A stretch of DNA of 64,000 bases from Phaeosaccion multiseriatum. Taxonomy: Eukaryota; Protista; Ochrophyta, other classes. A program made the translations under genes and the position numbers. Positions 11,701 to 23,700 of this stretch are shown here, one piece after another. Within the stretch, counting starts at the first letter, position 1; each line of letters begins with the position of its first letter. The stretch lies in NCBI GenBank assembly GCA_965112735.1, contig OZ218951.1:248001-312000 (forward strand), given 5' to 3'. The notes under the pieces are model-generated. The model did not search any database. It saw only the letters and a list, made by a program, of their open reading frames with translations, and was not told where the DNA came from.

Positions 11701-14700
11701 CACAGCGGTTTTGTTTCCCTTCGCTTCCGCCTTGATCATCCTCAGCACCTCTTTCACGTCTCTCTTTCCACTGCTCGTCATCGGTAGAGCATCCACGGCC
11801 ACAGCCGTGCTCGGCACCATGTATGACGGTAGCAGCCTGCTCACTCCTTGCAGCACCATCTCAACTTCGGCACTAGAAGGTGTCAGAGCCGCCACAACCG
11901 TCTCGCGCTCTCTGTCCACCGCTGCCACGGCGCTCCCCACCCCCTCTTGATGGAGCAGCGCAGCCTCCACCTCGCCCAGCTCAATACGATAGCCGCGCAC
12001 CTTGACTTGAGAGTCTCGGCGACCCCTAAACACCAGCGATCCGTCTGCCAGCTGCCGCACCAAGTCACCCTGTCAGAACGTGTTAAGTTTGAGATGCGTC
12101 AGATCAGAACAGTGCAGTAGGGAGCAGAGAAACCTACCTCCACCCTCACCCCCGTCTCTGCTTGTCACTGCATGGCATACCAAAGGCAAGTCAAATGTAC
12201 ACACAAACGCACACACACAAAGCCGCACACCCATGGGCAACCTTTTCGACTTACCGTACGATACACCCTGCGCTGGTCCGCCAAGAAGGGCGCGGGGATG
12301 AAGGCCTTCGACGTGAGCTCTGGGCGATTCAAGTACCCACGCGCCAGCTGTCTCCCCCCAATGCAAAGCTCGCCCTCCACGCCCTGAGGCACCAGCTGCA
12401 GACGCTTGTCCACCACATACACTTGCACGCCGGCTCGAGGCTTGCCGATGACGAACCCACTCGACATGGCACCCGGACTGTACTCATGTGCGGTCGCGAA
12501 AACCGTCGCCTCTGTTGGGCCGTAGCTATTGACAAGGCGAACACTGCGCCTCCACATGTCCACTTGGCCTTCCTTGATCGGCTCCCCAGCCAATGAGATG
12601 GACCGTAAGGTGGCCTCCTTAGCACCATTGGTGATGTCTTGCGGTCGAAGCAGCGACAGCAGTGACGGGGTGCAGTACATGTCTGTTACCCTCAAAGACC
12701 GTATCACCTCCGGCAGGTCGTTCAGCATGGAGCCCTTCGCTGCCAGGCACAGCGTCGCCCCACACGACAACGGCCCAAACAGCGACGCCACAGACACATC
12801 AAATGTCAAAGCAGCACTCAGGAGCACACGAGAAGATGCCGTTATCGTCAGTTCCTCTTCGTAGAGAGTCGCCATGAAGCTGGCCGTGCTTCTGTGCTCA
12901 ATCATCACGCCCTTTGGCCGGCCGGTACTACCGGACGTGTGAATCACGTACGCCATGTTCTCGCCCACGGCGTGGCACACAGGCTCCGCTGTACTCTCCG
13001 CTTGCATCACAGCCACCACGTCCACACAGCTCGCGTCTCCGACACGCCGCGCTAAGCTGGCATCGGCGGTTGCCAGCACCTCAGACTCGCCTACTGCCTT
13101 TGCCGTCGTCAGAACGACGCTCAGCCCGGCGTCTTGTGCGATCATCGACAGCCTATCGTCGGGATGCTCGGGATCCAGGGGCACGTACGCCGCCCCCGCT
13201 TTGAGCACGCCCAGCACTGCCACAACCGCCTCCACGCAGTCCCCAGCAATCAGCACCCCCACCAGGCACTCCGGCCCCACGCCTCTCCCCTGCAGCATGC
13301 ATGCCACCGTATTCGCATGCCCATTCAGCTCCCCGTAGCTCATCACTCGATCTGTCTCATACTCGTGCAGGGCTTCCTGCTCCGGACTGCGAGAGGCCAT
13401 CTCTTCGAAAGCCGCGTGCAGGAGGGGCGGTGGTGGCGATGCTTCCTCTGCACCTCCCTCCTCGTCTCCATTGCCATCCCCCGCCACCAGTGCAGCGCCG
13501 CTCAACGTCTCCACCACCTTCACACGGTCCTCGTGTGCCAAGAGACTCAGCTTCCACACGCTCTCGCCCGGCCTGCCCACTGCACTCTCCAGCAGCGCCA
13601 GGAAGCTCCGCGCCAGGGTCTCCACTGTGGCCTGGTCGAGCACCGCCGTATTGTAGCACAGGCTGCCGTGCATGTCCGACGCACTGTCCGTGCTGCGCAC
13701 AAGGTATAGTTCGATGTCAGTCGTATTATTCTTCCAAGTATCCAAACCCGCCTCCTGTAGTACAAAGAAGGCCTGCAGCGCCTTGCCACCATCATCTCTG
13801 CCGAGCTGGGCCCGCTCAACCACCTTGTGGAACGGTGCCTCGGCATGCTTCATGGCACCCAGATACGCGACCTGTACGCGAAGCAGCACCTCCCGAAAGC
13901 TGGGGCTTCCTCCCAGACCCAGACGGAACGCGAGGATGTTGACGAAGCATCCCAGCACGCCCTCCAAGCCTTGCGCCACGTCTCTTCCGAAGTGCGCAGT
14001 GCCCACCACCACATCCTCCGCTCCGCACACACGAGCCAGCAGCACTTGGAACGCGCCCATGAGCCCCACAAACAGCGTGGCGGAGCTACCCGCGCACAGC
14101 TTACTCAACTTGACCAGCACTGCATTGGGTAGCACCAAGTCCACCTTCCCACTTCCTCCCACACTGATATCTTCATGCACCATTTCTCCACTGAGGCCCT
14201 TTTGGGCATGTCGCTGATGGAGAGGCAGCTGCAGTGGACTGGTACCAGCCAGTTGACCCTGCCAGTATTCAAGCAGCTCCTCAATACGGCCTTCGCCGTC
14301 CAGCCGAGCTCGTTGCCACCTGGAGTAGTCCGCGAAGCTGAAGGGCAGAGCCGGTAGGTCTTGTGCAAAGCCTTGCCCGGCCATGAAAGCCGCGCACACC
14401 GCCTTGAACTCGCCCTGGAAGAGCAAGTAGCTTGCACCATCAAAGATGCAATGATGGAACGTAGATACTGCGGTATAGTGCTCCTCCTCTCCGCTCTGCT
14501 TCGGGACGTGCACGACCAGCGTGCGCCATAGTGGCTGTCTCTGCTCCAAATCGAATGTACGAGCATAATCGGCCTCCATCAGGCTCCGAGCCGCACCAGC
14601 ACTGCTCGCCACGGCTGAAGAGAGAGCAGCAGACACCACCTCGGCCGCCGTAATTCCAAGCTGAACCTGTCTCAGAGAGCCCTGCTTTGTCCACTCAAGC

Positions 14701-17700
14701 GCCGTCCGGAGCACGTCATGTCGCTCCACTATGCTGCCTAACACTTGTGCTATCATGTCCACAATTTCAGCGGATGTTCGTCCGGAGATCAGCGAGAGGG
14801 GCAGCGGCAGCACCGCTGGGAGATTGTACGCGCTCTGCCCGCCAGGGGCAGTCGTCCGCAGTGCTACGTCCGAAAGGTACATGTGCTCCTGCTGGTAAGC
14901 GGCGGGGGCGTCTGTGTCCGAAGAGGACTGCCAGAGGGCCATGGAGCTGCCATTTGCCCCGGCCCCCGTTGTTTGATCGTCTTGCTCATTCAGCGGCCCC
15001 GAGTCGGCTCCCAGCACTTCCTCTTCGACCCACACTGCCAGCGCTGACACCGTTGGATACGAGAAGAGCACATCAGTAGTCACCACAACCCCGAAGCGAG
15101 CCTGTAGCTGGCCGCGCAGCTCCACTGTTGACAAAGAGTCAAGACCTGCTTCCATCAAAGGAGTGTTCTCATCCAGCTCTTCGGCACCCTCCCCAAGGAG
15201 GTCCTTGGCCATATCAAGCACCGCCAATCGCACTGATTGCTGTCTCTCACCAGGGGGCAGTCTCAAGAGCGCCTCGCGCACTTCATTGTTGAGTTTGGTG
15301 TTGCTGGATGCGCCTGCTGCTGTTGAGACAAGCCCTGACAGCAGGGGCGATCTACTGGACACCCCCAAGCTGCCTGCAAACTTGCCCCAGTCCATGCCAG
15401 GCAGGACAGCCACATCACCCACGGACGCTGACGACATCGCAGCGGCATCTAAGGCAGCCATGCCCAGCTCAGCTGACACCGTGCCCACACCCGCGAGCTC
15501 CAACTGCTTTTGAACGATATCGAGCTGGGCGGCCATACCAACGTCAGCCCATGGCCCCCACTGCAATGACGCCCCTGCAAGCCCGAGGTGTCGCCTGTGC
15601 CGCATCAGCCCGTCCACAGCCGCATTCGCCGCAGCGTAGTTTGCCTGTCCAGCGTTGCCCAGTACTCCGGCCATGGATGTGAAGCAAAAGAAAAAGTCAA
15701 GGCCGGGAGAGCGCCCCTCCTCCTTCGCCCAAGCCAGCGAGAGCTCGTGTAAGTTCACCGCCCCCTGCACCTTGGGTCGGAAGACGTTCATCACGCTCTC
15801 CGCCGTCTGCTCTTGCAGCGGCTTATCATCCAGCACCCCGGCAGCATGCACCACACCGCGTACAGGGGGGAGCAGAGGCAGGACGCCCCCCAGGCAAGTC
15901 CGAAGTGCCTCAGCATCAGCAACGTCACAAGTAGGAGTATGGATCAGCTCCACCTTGTTCCGAAGCTGCTGCCACTGTTCCGTCATGCTCTCGGCGATCT
16001 TCCCACTCCTCGACAGCAGCACCAGGTGACGAGCGCCCCTCGACGCGAGGTGCTGGGCCGTCACGAGGCCGAGAGCTCCCAGACCGCCGCTGATGACGTA
16101 CGTGCCATCGGACACCACTGGCACACCATACGAGGGGTTGGTCAGCACCACCTTGCCGATGTGCTTCGCTTGGCTCATGTATACCATGGCCTTCTGAGTA
16201 TCCTCCCTCATGTCAAAGGGTATCGTCGGTAGGGGCTTCACATTGCCTGACATGCAGTCTTCAGCAAGACGCTGCAGCCCACCACTGATCCAGCCCGGCT
16301 GAGCTACGAAGTCAGACTCAATCATGCTATCCAGTGCCAGTAGCTCGTACCTCACATCGGATCGGGCGGTGCGCATCTGCTCGTGACTCCACACGCCTCG
16401 CTTGCCAATCTCGACGAATATACCGCCCTCACTCAGCATGTCCAATGAGAAGGGAATGTAGTCTTCACTCAGACAGTTGAGCACCACGTCCACCTTCACC
16501 TCACCCATGGACTGCTTGAACGCCTCTGCGTCTCGCGATGACGCAATGTGCTCCACTCCCAAGCTCCGGAGGAAGTCATGCTTCACAGCAGCGCCGGCAG
16601 TGGCGTACACCTCTGCGCCGACCCGCTGAGCATACTGTACGGCAGCAAGGCCCACACCGCCAGACGCGGCGTGAATAAGAACCTTCTCTCCAGCCTTGAG
16701 GCCCTCAAGGGCCTTTATCACGGTGAGGAACACGGTGGGAAGTGCAGCGGCCTGCTCGAAGCTCAGCACGGCCGGCATCACGGCCAGACACGCGTCCTCC
16801 GTCACCAGATGGCTGCGCAAACATCCTCCGTCCGCGAAGCCATATACATTATCACCGACACGGAAGCGCGAGCTGCCTCCTGTTCTGATCACCTCCCCGG
16901 CGAACTCGGAACAAGGGTCTCCAGGGTCGCCAGGATACATGTCCAGCACATTCAGCACGTCCCAGAAGTTGAGCCCCACGGCCCTCACCGCCACCTCTAC
17001 GGAGCTGCCAGCTGCTGGGTCGAGGGACGGATGCTTACCAACGCTCGTATCGTCACGCAGGGCGAAAGCGCTCACAATGCTGCCTCTTGCCTTCAAGTCA
17101 AGCGCGAAGGGTAGCTGCAGGGGTTGATGTACAAGCTGAGGTGTCCAGCATTGCCCATCGCGTACCCACACATCTTCTGTGGAGGCAGGGAAGGCCAAGC
17201 CCAAGGCAACCTCGCTGTCTTCGACCTTCTTGTCGCTCAGGTCCACCACACCGATCTGCATGGAGGGGTGCTCCATCCTCGCAGTCCGCACCAGCCCAGT
17301 CACCCAGCTGTGACACCAGTCCTCGCCGCTTTGGACGCCTCTCGTCAAAACCGTCAGCGGCACACTCGACGCAGTGGACAGGCTCCTGAGTAGAGCCATC
17401 AGAGCGTAGGCCGCTCGAGCAAGCTGGCCCTCTTCTGCGTCTCCTTCGCCATCCCTGGGGATCAGCACGTACAAGATTCGAGTCCACTCGTCCTCTTCAA
17501 GAAGAGCACCGTCGTCCCAAGAGCCGCCCACCCGTCCGTATCGAGGGTGCACGTCCACGCCCTCCGGAACAGAGCGTCGCACTGCCGCAATGATCTCAGG
17601 CTCACTCTCCCTCTGGTCCTGTGCACTAATCACGAGCCACTTCTGCTGCACCGCCTCACTATCATGATGAGGTCGCTGTGGAGGTACGGCTGACTCCGTG

Positions 17701-20700
17701 GGCTTCCACTCCAGCGTGTACATCGCTCGACGAAGCGGATTGGAGCGAGCGAAGCCTCTCGCTCGCTGAGCGCGGAATGCACGCATCTCCACCAGAACCT
17801 GCTTACTCTCGAAATCGGCAATCTTGATGTCAAACTTGATGCTGTTGCCCCCGGGTTCCACTTCAGCGAGCGTCGTGTGCACCCACACCTTTGCTCCTGT
17901 GATGACACTGAGGACGACAGTCTCGTCGAAACCAACGGGCAAGAATGGAGCTCCGCCTCTTTCTTCCAGCAGCTGGTGTGGGATTGCGTGTAGGATGGAG
18001 TGAGTCGCATTGTCGAGCACAGCAGGGTGCAGAGCAAAGTCCGTCGCCTCCCAAGGCTCGCAGAGCTCCGAGTCGAGAGCACGCACGACCGATAGCACCT
18101 CTCCGTCATTGGCGAACATCTGTAAATTCCGCTCAAAGCGAGGACCATAGTTGAAGTTGGCATCCGCCATTGCCTTGTACAGGCCACGGGCCAAGTCCAC
18201 CGTCCCTACGCGCTCTTTGATTCCCTCTACATCGAGCGTGTCACGCGGCTCGGCTCGATCTGTGATGGACACATAGTCCATCCTCGCGGTTATTCCCTTG
18301 TCGCCCGTGGCACCTCCGAAAAACTGCATGCTTCCATCTCTCGCGTACAAAGCACTCAAGCCGTCACAGACAATAGTACTGCGACTCTGCGCTTCGTCCG
18401 TGTTGATGTCCAGGAAACCCTCAATCTCCAAGGGAGCCACAAAGTTGGCTCCCTGTAGGAGTACTTGCTGCTCCACCCCGAGCTGTCTTCCTCCTAGAGC
18501 AGCGACGACGCCCACTTCAATGTACGTCACCCCCGGAATGATCACCACATTGTTGACGGCATGGTCCTTGAGAAGGCCCTTGAGGTGAGGAGAGAAGGGG
18601 CTGGCGAGCCGCATTCTGTCTCCCTCTTGGGACAGCTCGCCACTCGGCAAGAATGCCCGTGGAAGCCTGAACCAGCGAAACGCTCGGCGTGTGGGGTACA
18701 AAGCGTCACGTTCTGACTCTTTGTCCTTGTCAAGATCATGACTGACGCTGACGCCCTCTCCGTCAACACGCGTGGCAGTACTCTCAGCTCTGGGACCGGA
18801 TAGCACGGCGTGAGCATTGGTTCCACCGGAGCCAAAAGAGCTCACGGCAGCAACGAGTGCTCCTGTGTAGCCGCCTCGACCCACTGGCACCATGGTCGCA
18901 GGCAAAGTCACAGGGACGCCGGCGAGCTCCAGCTCGGGGTTGCTGTCCTTCAAATGCAGGTTCGGAGGGGCGACGCGGTGCTGCAGCACCAGTACGGTCT
19001 TGATGAGGCCTGCAACACCTGCGGCGCCCTCCAGGTGTCCGATGTTGGTCTTCACCGCACCTACCACCAACGCGTTTCCCGCGCCGCGCTCCAATCCACA
19101 GTACACGGCCTTGACGGCGCTCATCTCGATGGGGTCTCCCAGCGCCGTTCCCGTGCCGTGCGCCTCCACGAAGCCCACCTCTGCGGGGTCTCTTCCCGCC
19201 TCTGCCAGCGCGGCAGACAGGAGCTGCTGCTGAGCAAGAGGACTGGGTGCCGTCAGACGAGCGCTGGCCCCATTGTGGTTGACCGCACAGCCCTCGATCA
19301 CCGCTAGCACAGTGTCCCCGCTGGCCATAGCATCATCAAAACGCTTCAGCACAATGGCACCACATCCTTCGCCTCTGACATAGCCATTGGCCGCTGCGTC
19401 AAACGTTTTGCAGCGCCTGCGACAAGGCCAAGAAAGATAGGAGAGGGGAAGGGAGTGGGGCATGGCAGGGAAGTTCTTGTTGGGTCAGTAGAGAAGACGC
19501 CCAAGAATGAACTGCAAGAGCGGCAATTGGGTAAATATATAATAGCACTCAGACCAGAGCGGCGGGTGCAACTTACCAGTCGGGGGAGAGGAATGTCCCC
19601 GCAAACAATGACTGAAAGGTGCTCTTCCCGAGCAGCAGGTTCACGCCACCGACCACCGCAGAGTCGCACTTGCCCAGGCGGAGGTTGCTGCAAGCAGCGT
19701 CCAGAGCCACCAGGGACGACGAGCATGCTGTCTGCAGCAACGCACTGGGGCCGCAGAGACCCAGCGTGTAGGACACGCGATTAGCAATGTTCGAAGCCGT
19801 CAGGCCCATTCCGCCGTAGGCGCTCTGAGCAGCGGCATCTCCTGCCACGAAGCCCCAGTCCGTGTCCGACAAGCCCACGAATACGCCGGTGTTGCTGCCC
19901 CGCAGGCTGCTCTTGCTGTGGCCCGCGCGATGGAGGGCCTCGAAGGCCACCTCCAGCATGAGGCGCTGATTGGGGTCCATTGCCTCTGCCTCCGCAGCAC
20001 TGATGCCAAAGAAGGCATTGTCGAACATCTCCACGCCCTCAATGAACCCTCCCTGCAGCTCCGGCTCGCCCGCCTTGCTGTCCCATCTGTCGCGTGGTGC
20101 TGCTGTGATGCAGTCTCTGCCCTTGCACAGCAACGACCAGAACTGCTCCGGGCTGTTGGCTCCGCCGGGGAAGCGACACGCCATACTCACTACAGCGATG
20201 GGGGCTCGAGAGTCTAAGGACGAGGGCCGATTTGCCGGAAGCACCCGCTCACGCTCAGCATCACCCGGCGCCTCAAGAATCTGGGCCTCGAGCCACACGG
20301 CCATTGCAGACACCGATGGATACGAGAAGAAGGCACCGTTCGAAACGGTGACACCACACCAGGCCTTGATTCGATTGCGAAACTCCACGGACGCCATCGA
20401 ATCGAGCCCGGCTTCCATCAAGGGCATCCCTGCTGCCAAGGTGAAATCCTCGCCAACACACTCGACTGCCATACCCGTCAGGACTTGCTCGATCCTCTCC
20501 CGCCGTGCTGACTCCGGCAAGTGCAGGAGCTCCTCCCGCACCTCGGCATTGACGCTGTAGCCCTTTGCCGCCTCACCACTTTCTCCGCGGTCCGTCAACT
20601 GCCGGAGGAAAGCGCTGTGCACAGGGTCCAAGCTCGCTCGAAATCTGCCCCACCTCATGGCCGGCATGACAGCCACTTCCTGCACGTTGGTATGCGTCTG

Positions 20701-23700
20701 GCTTGCAAGGACGGCATCCAGAGCCTTCATACCTAGCGCCGATGAGATCAGGCCCACTCCGGCCATCTCCGCAGCTTTCGACACCATCTCAAGCCGCACC
20801 GCCATACCCACGTCGCCCCATGGGCCCCACTGAACGTTGGAAGCAGGAAGGCCAAGCTGGTGTCGGCGATACCGCATCAGCCCGTCCAACGCAGCGTTTG
20901 CCCCGGCATAGGCGCTCTGATTGGACAAGCCAAGCAAAGCGGAGGTCGATGAGTACGATGCGAAGAAGTCGATCTCCTCCCTGCCGCTCGCCGCCCACTC
21001 AAGGCACAACGCGTGGAGATTCCAACCTCCCTTGACCTTGGCGGCAAAGACATTTCGCACGTTCTCTTCCGTCTCGCCCGACAACATTCTCTTTGCGCCA
21101 TTCACCCCCGCTGCGTGAACCACACCCCGAACATGAGGCAGGCCCACTAAAGCGCTGGCTACAGCATCTCGAAGCTGGCTCATGTCGGACACATCGCAGG
21201 TCACGGCCACAGCGGTGACACTCTCCATGCTCTGCAGGGCCTGCCACAGCTCTGAAACTTCTTCCGCCGCCCGGCCGCTTCGAGACAGGAGGAGCAAGTG
21301 TCGAGCGCCCTGGGAGACCAAGTGATTCGCCGTCACCAGCCCCAGCCCCCCCAGACCACCGCTGATCAGGTAGGTCCCATCCTCCCTGCACGTGAAGCGA
21401 TCGACTCCTTCCGATGTCAGATGGAGTGTGCTGGGCACCAGCCTCGGAGCGAGGATCTCACACTCTCGAACCAGCAGGTCCACGCCTCGGCCGCCGTCGC
21501 GGGCTCCTGCAGCCAGCGTCACAGCCTGGGAGATAGCTTGGGCTTCCATCTTCTCTACTCTAGGTCGAGCATCCTCAGACTGTGGATACATGGCATACTC
21601 AAGGTCGATGTGGTTCACATCGAGGTCGCCCCGCTCCAGGCGTACGCTTCTCACCAGTCCTACGGTCCAGCTGTCCTGCCAACCAGCACCGCTGTACACA
21701 CCCGTTGTCACCACCATGATGGGCATCACTGCCGCGTCCCCGTCTAAGCTCTGTACAGTTTGCACAAAGTGGATTGCCCCATCGGTAGCAGAGCCCGTCG
21801 CTGACGTCAAGTAGAAGAGATGGGCCCCATGGAGCTGCGCGTCTGAACCGACCGCCTCCATCACGTGCACCTCTACACCACTTGCTGTCGCCGCGCTTCG
21901 GACAGCTTCCAAGGATCTGTGGTTGCTCGATGCGTGCTGCCCTTCGGCTGCCTGGGGAATCACGACGAGCCACGGAAGGCGGCCGGTCAGCGAAGCCTGC
22001 TGCGAAGCCGTGGGCACCTCCACCGCCTCCCACTCAACAACATAGAGCGGGCCCTGCTCAGCTTCACTCCGCGGCTGAGGTGCTGCCGTGGCTCGCGCTG
22101 TGTACCAAGGAAAGGCTTTGCGCGTTGGGAACAGGATATGCTCCTTGCCCTTACTCTCTGACTGCTGTACTGTGCTCAGACCTGCTCCAAACGACTCCTC
22201 GGAGCTCTTCCCGCGCGTGAGAGAAGATATCCACACCAGGCCCTCGCGACGCTCGCACTTGGCTCCCATACTGCTCAGCACAGGGTTGGGGCCCACCTCA
22301 ACGATGCTCAGGTCAGCCCCCCTCCCGTCTCCCATCCAGTGCTCCACCAGCGTGTGGATGCCTTCTGCGAACAGCACTGGCGACAGCATGTGTTGCACCC
22401 AATACTTCGCCTGCGTCACCTCCTCCGCTCTCACCACCTCACCCGTCACGTTGGACACCAGGGGTATGCGTGGGGCGCTGAATGACACCTGCCTCAGAAC
22501 CTCCTCCAGCGCACGTACAGCGGGCTCCATGAGAGGAGAGTGGAAGGCGTGCGACACCTCCAGGGCCTTGCAGCCCACCCCATCCGCCGTGAGCTTCTCC
22601 ACCACCTTGTCCACAGCGCTGCGAGCTCCAGAGATCACGCTCGCGCTCGGTCCATTCGACGACGCCAGCACCACCGCGTCTGCCCCCCCTGCAGCGTCGA
22701 TGCTTGCCAAAGTCGCCTCCTTGCCTGCCCTCACTGCGAACATCACTCCTTTGCCCTCGGGGCAGGTCTGCATGGCGGCTCCTCTCTTGGCGGACAGCAT
22801 CAGCCCGTCCTCCAGCGACATGACGCCGGCCACGCACGCCGCCACCACCTCGCCCAGGCTGTGGCCCATCACCATCGAGGGCTCCACGCCCTCCGACTTC
22901 CACAGCTCACACAGGGCGTACTCCAGCACAAACAGGCACGGCTGGCAGTAGCGCGTCTCCTTCAGCAGCGCTTGTGCAGTCTCCTCCTCCTCCTCTCCCT
23001 CCCCGTCCTCAGCAGCGGCAGGGTACATGAGCTCCACCACAGACTTGTCCAGCCAAGCTCGCTCCATGAGCAGCGTACTGCACCGCTGCACGCACTCGCG
23101 GAACACGCCCTCCTTCTCGTACAGCTCTCTGCCCATGCCCACGTACTGCGAGCCCTGTCCAGTGAACAAGAACGTCACCGATGAACGCTTCTTGCTTTGC
23201 TGTCCATCCAGCTGCGGCAAGACCTCACCCCTCTCAACCAACGTTGGTCCTAAGCTGCTGAGCACCACATGGGCGTTGGTGCCTCCAAATCCGAAGGAGC
23301 TCACCCCGACCAGCACAGATCCATCGGAGTTGGTGGGTAAAGGGGTCATGGAAGATGGGAACAGGACTGCAATTCCCTCCATGTCGAGCTCTGGGTTTTG
23401 CTCGATGAAGTGGAGATTGGGTGGAGCGGTCTTGTGCTGCGCCACCAGGACGGCTTTGATGAGTCCGGCAATCCCTGCCGCTCCCTCCAAGTGCCCGATG
23501 TTTGTCTTGAGCGCCCCTACGATCAAAGGCTTCGCTTCATCGCGGTCGTGGGCGAACACTCCTCTGAGAGCGCTCATCTCGATGGGGTCGCCGAGAGACG
23601 TGCCCGTGCCGTGAGCCTCGACGAAACTGACGTCGTTTGGAGATAGCCCGGCGTCGATCAAGGCGTCTGTGATGAGCTGCTTTTGAGCACCAGGGTTTGG

